Assembly: GCA_016209905.1 (NCBI GenBank) | Contig: JACQVG010000117.1 | Span: 1 to 53,575, forward strand | Direction: 5' to 3' | DNA length: 53,575 nt | DNA from: Gemmatimonadota bacterium | Lineage (GTDB): Bacteria; Gemmatimonadota; Gemmatimonadetes; Gemmatimonadales; JACORV01 | Part shown: in pieces, positions 49,803 through 53,575 of the stretch | How positions within the stretch are numbered: position 1 is the first letter of the stretch | How the letters are laid out: each line of letters starts with the position of its first letter | Program-made: the position numbers and the translations under genes | Notes under the pieces: generated by a model | Told to the model about the DNA's origin: nothing | Seen by the model: only the letters and a program-made list of their open reading frames with translations | Databases searched by the model: none

Positions 49803-50831
49803 ATGTCGCACGCGTCCGAGCTTCTCGAGCTGTACGAGCGGTCGCCGCTCATCGAGCTTGGCGTCCTCGCCGATGCCGAGCGACAGCGCCGCCATCCCGG
49901 CCGGACCGTCACCTATATCGTGGATCGGAACATCAACTACACCAACGTCTGCGTCGCAGACTGCCTGTTCTGCGCCTTCTACCGGCGGCCGAAGCACCAG
50001 GAGGGATACGTCCTCTCCTTCGAGGAGATCGGAAAGAAGATCGACGAGGCGAAGGCGATCGGCGCCGTCCAGATCCTGATGCAGGGTGGGCACAACCCGT
50101 ACATCCCGTTCGAGTGGTATCTCGACCTGCTCCGTCACATCAAGCGCCACCACCCGATCCACATCCATGGCTTCTCCCCCTCCGAGGTGGAGTTCTTCGC
50201 CGCGCGATTTCGCATGACCGTGGATGACGTGATCACCGAGCTCCAGAAGGCCGGGCTCGACTCGATTCCCGGCGGCGGCGGCGAGATCCTCGTCGACCGC
50301 GTGCGACGGATCGTGGCGAGGAAGAAGGTGCAGACCGACGCTTGGCTCGGCGTCATGGCCGCGGCGCACCGGCACGGGATGAAGACGTCCGCCACGATGA
50401 CGTACGGCCTCGGCGAGACCAACGCGGAGCGGATCGAGCACTTGCTCCGCCTCAGGGAGCAGCAAGCCGAGACCGGAGGGTTCACCGCGTTCATCTGTTG
50501 GCCGCTGCAGCCGGAGCACACCGAGATGGCCCGGACGCCCAAGACCGACGCGGTGACCTACCTCCGTACCCTGGCCATCGCTCGGATCGCGCTGGACAAC
50601 TTCGCCAACCTGCAGTCCAGTTGGGTCACGATGGGAATGAAGATCGGCCAGGTGGCGCTGCACTTCGGCGCCAACGACTTCGGCTCCGTGATGATGGAGG
50701 AGAACGTTGTGTCCGCGGCCGGAACCACCTTCCGGACCAGCGTGGCGGAGATGGAGCAGCTGATCCGGGGCGCGGGGTTCGCGCCGGCGAGGCGCCGCCA
50801 GGACTACACGATCATCCGCGAGGCCGCGTGA
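49803..50831 (+). CDS. mqnC: radical SAM futalosine-pathway enzyme, MqnC-like (cyclic dehypoxanthinyl futalosine synthase)
   Basis: Lies within ORF 49779..50831, starting at ATG 49803. Motifs NINYTNVCVADCLFCAFYR, ILMQGGHNP and ETGGFTAFICWPLQPEHT. Confidence 0.7.
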   Translation: MSHASELLELYERSPLIELGVLADAERQRRHPGRTVTYIVDRNINYTNVCVADCLFCAFYRRPKHQEGYVLSFEEIGKKIDEAKAIGAVQILMQGGHNPYIPFEWYLDLLRHIKRHHPIHIHGFSPSEVEFFAARFRMTVDDVITELQKAGLDSIPGGGGEILVDRVRRIVARKKVQTDAWLGVMAAAHRHGMKTSATMTYGLGETNAERIEHLLRLREQQAETGGFTAFICWPLQPEHTEMARTPKTDAVTYLRTLAIARIALDNFANLQSSWVTMGMKIGQVALHFGANDFGSVMMEENVVSAAGTTFRTSVAEMEQLIRGAGFAPARRRQDYTIIREAA

Positions 50832-51235
50832 CCCGGTCCTCGAAGCCCGTGCTGATTCTGGTGGGCTCCGAGTCGGATCGGCCCCGCATCGAGCCGGCCT
50901 TTCCCATACTCGACGAGGCCGGCATCGGCTACGACTTCGCCGTCTGTTCGGCGCACCGGGAGCCTGAGCGGACCGCCGCAGTGGCCCGGGAGGCGCGCAG
51001 CAAGGGATACCGCCTGGTGATCTGCGGGGCGGGGCTCGCCGCCGCACTGCCCGGCGCCATCGCGGCGCAGTGCGACCTGCCGGTGATCGGCATCCCCTTC
51101 GACGTGGGGCCCCTTCACGGAACCGACGCCCTCTACTCCATGGTCCAGACGCCCAGCGGCGTGCCGGTCGGGACGGTGGGGATCGACAACGCCAGGAACG
51201 CCGCCCACCTCGCGATCCGGATCCTCCGCGCGTGA
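50828..51235 (+). CDS. PurE (AIR carboxylase / N5-CAIR mutase) family protein, short and divergent
   Basis: This is the 3' part of ORF 50342..51235. GTG 50828 forms a GTGA overlap with the mqnC stop. Motifs LVGSESD, CSAHREPERT, VICGAGLAAALPGAIAA, LPVIGIP and MVQTPSGVPVGTVGI. It is 135 aa and ends where canonical PurE still has about 30 aa. Confidence 0.7.
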   Translation: MTRSSKPVLILVGSESDRPRIEPAFPILDEAGIGYDFAVCSAHREPERTAAVAREARSKGYRLVICGAGLAAALPGAIAAQCDLPVIGIPFDVGPLHGTDALYSMVQTPSGVPVGTVGIDNARNAAHLAIRILRA

Positions 51236-51720
51236 GCGTGCGAGTGGGGATCGGCTACGACTCGCACCGCTTCGCCGCGGGCCGGCCGCTGCGCATCGGA
51301 GGGCTGACCGTGCCACACACGCACGGGTTGGTGGGGCACTCCGACGGCGACGTCGTGCTTCACGCCATCGTGGACGCTCTCCTCGGTGCGGCGGCGCTGG
51401 GTGACATCGGCTCCTACTTCCCGGACGACGATCCGCAGTGGAAGGGTGCCGACTCGGCGCGCTTCGTGCGAGGCGCGGCGGAGGCGCTCGCGGCGGGGGG
51501 CCTTCGGGTACGCCAGGTGGACGTCACCATCATCGCCGAGAAGCCGAAGCTCGCGGCGCACCTGGGCGCCATGCGCGCGGCGACGGCCCGCGCCCTCGAC
51601 GTGGAGATGAGCGCCGTCAGCATCAAGGCCAAGACGAACGAGGGGATGGGGTGGGTCGGCCGCGGGGAGGGCATCGGCGCGGTGGCCGTGGTCACGGTCG
51701 GCCCGGCGGAGACCGGCTGA
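51232..51720 (+). CDS. ispF: 2-C-methyl-D-erythritol 2,4-cyclodiphosphate synthase
   Basis: Lies within ORF 51070..51720. GTG 51232 forms a GTGA overlap. Motifs IGYDSHRF, GHSDGDVVLHA, LGDIGSYFPD and KAKTNEGMG. Confidence 0.94.
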   Translation: MSVRVGIGYDSHRFAAGRPLRIGGLTVPHTHGLVGHSDGDVVLHAIVDALLGAAALGDIGSYFPDDDPQWKGADSARFVRGAAEALAAGGLRVRQVDVTIIAEKPKLAAHLGAMRAATARALDVEMSAVSIKAKTNEGMGWVGRGEGIGAVAVVTVGPAETG

Positions 51721-52340
51721 TCGAGCGGGCGCTCGAGTGGCTGTCCGGGCTGCCGCCGCAAGGAATCTACGGCGCGATCGCGCTGCTCGCCGCCCTCGAA
51801 AACATCGTGCCCCCGGTGCCCGCCGACACGGCGGTAGCGCTGGGGGCTTTTCTCGCCGCGCGCGGCGCGCCCATCTCGACCACCGCCGTGTTCCTGGTGA
51901 CGTGGGTCGCCAACGTGACAAGCGCCGTCGGGATGTACTACGTCGCGCGCACGGTCGGCCGCCCCTTCGTCGAGTCCCGCACCGGCCGGCGGCTGCTTTC
52001 GCCTCGGGCGCTGCGCGCTCTTGAGCGGGCGTACCAGAGGCACCATCTCTGGGGCATCTTCCTCAGCCGCTTCCTCCCCGGCTACCGCGCCGTCGTGCCT
52101 CCCTTTGCCGGCATCGCCGGGCTCGGCGCGTCACGCGCCCTCCCGCCGGTGGTGCTCGCCTCGGGCCTCTACTACGGCCTGCTGGTGTTCCTGGCGCACC
52201 GGATCGGTGCCAATTGGGACTCGCTCACCCGGGTGCTGCGGCAGCTCGGCTGGTGGCTCGGCGCGATCGCCGCCGTGGCGACCGTGCTCCTCGTGTGGGC
52301 GCTCGCGCGGTGGCGGCGCCGGCAGAACGATGGCGGCTGA
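51717..52340 (+). CDS. DedA / SNARE-associated family membrane protein
   Basis: This is the 3' part of ORF 51438..52340. Motifs ENIVPPVPADT and LSRFLPGYRAVVPPFAG. The plausible N-terminus is LIERALEWL at CTG 51717 (CTGA overlap with the ispF stop). The canonical alternative is GTG 51651. Confidence 0.75.
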   Translation: MIERALEWLSGLPPQGIYGAIALLAALENIVPPVPADTAVALGAFLAARGAPISTTAVFLVTWVANVTSAVGMYYVARTVGRPFVESRTGRRLLSPRALRALERAYQRHHLWGIFLSRFLPGYRAVVPPFAGIAGLGASRALPPVVLASGLYYGLLVFLAHRIGANWDSLTRVLRQLGWWLGAIAAVATVLLVWALARWRRRQNDGG

Positions 52341-53250
52341 CCGAGCGGCAGCGGGGACTGCCCCTGCCTTTCTCGTCGAGCCGTTCGCCGAATACCTGGC
52401 TCTGGAGCGCGGCGCGTCCCCGAACACGGTCCTCGCCTACCGCCGTGATCTCGCGCACCTCGTCGCGTTTCTCGGCGCGCGCCACGTGCACGCGCCCGCC
52501 GGCGCCACGGCCGCGCTGCTGCGCGAGTTCATCTTTCACCTCAAGGACCTGGGCCTGGCGCCCACCAGCATTCGCCGGCACGTCTCAACGACCCGGACGT
52601 ACTTCAAGTTCCTCGTGGGCGAAGGACACGTGCTCCGTGATCCCAGCGAGCGCCTCGCCACGCCCAAGAGGTGGCGCGCGCTACCGGCGGTCCTCTCGGT
52701 CGCGGAGGTCGAGCGGCTCCTCGCAGCGCCGCGCGCGGAAGAGCCCCTCGCCTGGCGAGACCGTGCCATCCTGGAGTTCGCGTACGCCACGGGGGCCAGG
52801 GTCTCGGAACTGATCCGCGTGGCCGTCCGCGACGTCCTCTTCGACGAGGGCCTGGTGCGGCTGTTCGGGAAGGGGAGCAAGGAGCGCGTCGTTCCGGTCG
52901 GACGGCGCGCCCTCGGCGCGGTGGCGCTCTACGTGCGCGAGGTCCGACCCAAGCTCGAGCGCGGCAGAGGGCAGGGCAGACTGTTCCTCAACGCGCGTGG
53001 CGCCCCGCTGTCCCGCGTGGGCGTCTGGGGCGTGATCAAGCGCTGCGCCCGGCGCGCCGGGATGTCCAAGCGCGTCACACCGCATACCCTTCGCCACACC
53101 TTCGCCACGCATCTGCTGGAGGGCGGCGCCGACCTCAGGGCCGTGCAGGAGATGCTGGGGCACGCCGACCTCAGCACGACCCAGCTCTATACCCATGTGG
53201 ACCGGGAGTACCTGCGCACCGTGCACCGTACCTACCATCCGAGGGCATGA
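52330..53250 (+). CDS. xerD: site-specific tyrosine recombinase XerD-like
   Basis: Lies within ORF 52021..53250, starting at ATG 52330. Motifs NTVLAYRRDLAHL, ARVSELI and HTLRHTFATHLLEGGADLRAVQEMLGHADLSTTQLYTHV (R-H-R-Y catalytic set). Confidence 0.85.
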   Translation: MAADRAAAGTAPAFLVEPFAEYLALERGASPNTVLAYRRDLAHLVAFLGARHVHAPAGATAALLREFIFHLKDLGLAPTSIRRHVSTTRTYFKFLVGEGHVLRDPSERLATPKRWRALPAVLSVAEVERLLAAPRAEEPLAWRDRAILEFAYATGARVSELIRVAVRDVLFDEGLVRLFGKGSKERVVPVGRRALGAVALYVREVRPKLERGRGQGRLFLNARGAPLSRVGVWGVIKRCARRAGMSKRVTPHTLRHTFATHLLEGGADLRAVQEMLGHADLSTTQLYTHVDREYLRTVHRTYHPRA

Positions 53251-53264
53251 GGCCATGCGCGCGC

Positions 53265-53293
53265 TTGCCGGGGCGGGCGGCCCGTCGTAATGT
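53265..53293 (+). promoter_or_regulatory. possible promoter for the Ser/Thr kinase gene (-35 TTGCCG, 17 nt spacer, -10 TAATGT)
   Basis: TTGCCG at 53265-53270 and TAATGT at 53288-53293. A direct repeat CCATTC-N4-CCATTC (53303-53318) follows in the predicted leader. Confidence 0.3.
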
Positions 53294-53331
53294 CCTGCCG
53301 TTCCATTCACGGCCATTCCTGATCGGACCGC

Positions 53332-53575
53332 GTGAACTGTCCTGAGTGCGCCACTGCGCTCCCGCCGGGCGCGATGTTTTGTCCGTCTTGCTCCACGCCG
53401 GTGCCCGGCGCTCGACCCGGCGTGGCGACGGGCGCCCTGACGCCCCCCGACGAGCCGGTCGGCCCGCGAGGCACCGGGCAGGCGGACCAGCTCGCGGCTC
53501 GCCTCCAAGGGGCGCTGGGCGACGGCTACCTGGTCGAGGGGCAGCTGGGTGCGGGTGGCTTCGCCGTCGTATACC
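53332..53575 (+). CDS. Ser/Thr protein kinase with N-terminal zinc-ribbon, 5' fragment (3' end outside window)
   Basis: GTG 53332. Translates to VNCPECATALPPGAMFCPSCSTP...YLVEGQLGAGGFAVVY (CxxC..CxxC ribbon followed by the kinase Gly-rich loop). The frame is open to the window end. Confidence 0.7.
   Translation, partial: MNCPECATALPPGAMFCPSCSTPVPGARPGVATGALTPPDEPVGPRGTGQADQLAARLQGALGDGYLVEGQLGAGGFAVVY

Noticed and set aside
52330-53250. The tyrosine recombinase as a marker of an integrated mobile element.
   Set aside because: Its sequence pattern is XerD-like (a housekeeping chromosome dimer resolvase). There are no flanking tRNA, direct repeats, phage or transposon genes, or compositional shift.

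Overview
The window is very GC-rich by eye (third codon positions are almost always G/C; no value was computed). It is a densely packed bacterial chromosomal segment with 61 supportable CDS, 60 on the + strand and only dcd on the - strand. Most intergenic gaps are under 100 nt. The content is almost entirely core housekeeping and central metabolism. The order is: dnaB 3' end, radA, ispD, tsaC, LMW phosphatase, aroE, comF; gap, pgk, tpiA, secG, carA; HU/IHF; M61 peptidase; moaD, moaE, moaA; mdh; sdhC-like, sdhA, sdhB, YciI-like, GroES-like, FabA-like and a truncated globin; dcd (-); a complete complex I operon nuoA, B, CD (fused), E, F, G, H, I, J, K, L, M, N; phosphomannomutase and UPF0182; sucC, sucD, an EIIA(Ntr)-CBS fusion and ndk; yceD, rpmF, plsX, fabH, fabD, fabG, acpP, fabF; mqnE, mqnA, mqnC, PurE-like, ispF, DedA, xerD; and the 5' end of a Ser/Thr kinase. 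I saw no rRNA, tRNA, CRISPR array, transposase/IS, prophage or defence island, and I cannot point to a clear novel multi-gene system. Four observations deserve a second look. (1) Conserved protein N-termini have no canonical start codon and begin at a CTG at or near the upstream stop; in three cases it sits inside a CTGA stop/start overlap, the same geometry as 17 ATGA/GTGA junctions here. (2) Three sigma70-like promoters sit 8-9 nt upstream of start codons, implying leaderless mRNAs. (3) Several modules are unusually coupled: sdhB with YciI, a FabA-like hotdog with a signal-bearing truncated globin carrying an altered distal pocket, sucD with an EIIA-CBS sensor, and mqnC with a minimal PurE-like protein and ispF. 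(4) A G8-C-G8 tract lies inside the phosphatase gene. The ORF track takes the first ATG/GTG/TTG after a stop, so many track starts lie too far upstream. The starts given here were re-derived from homology, SD motifs and stop/start overlaps, and several remain uncertain. A Gemmatimonadota-like high-GC lineage is only a guess from gene content.
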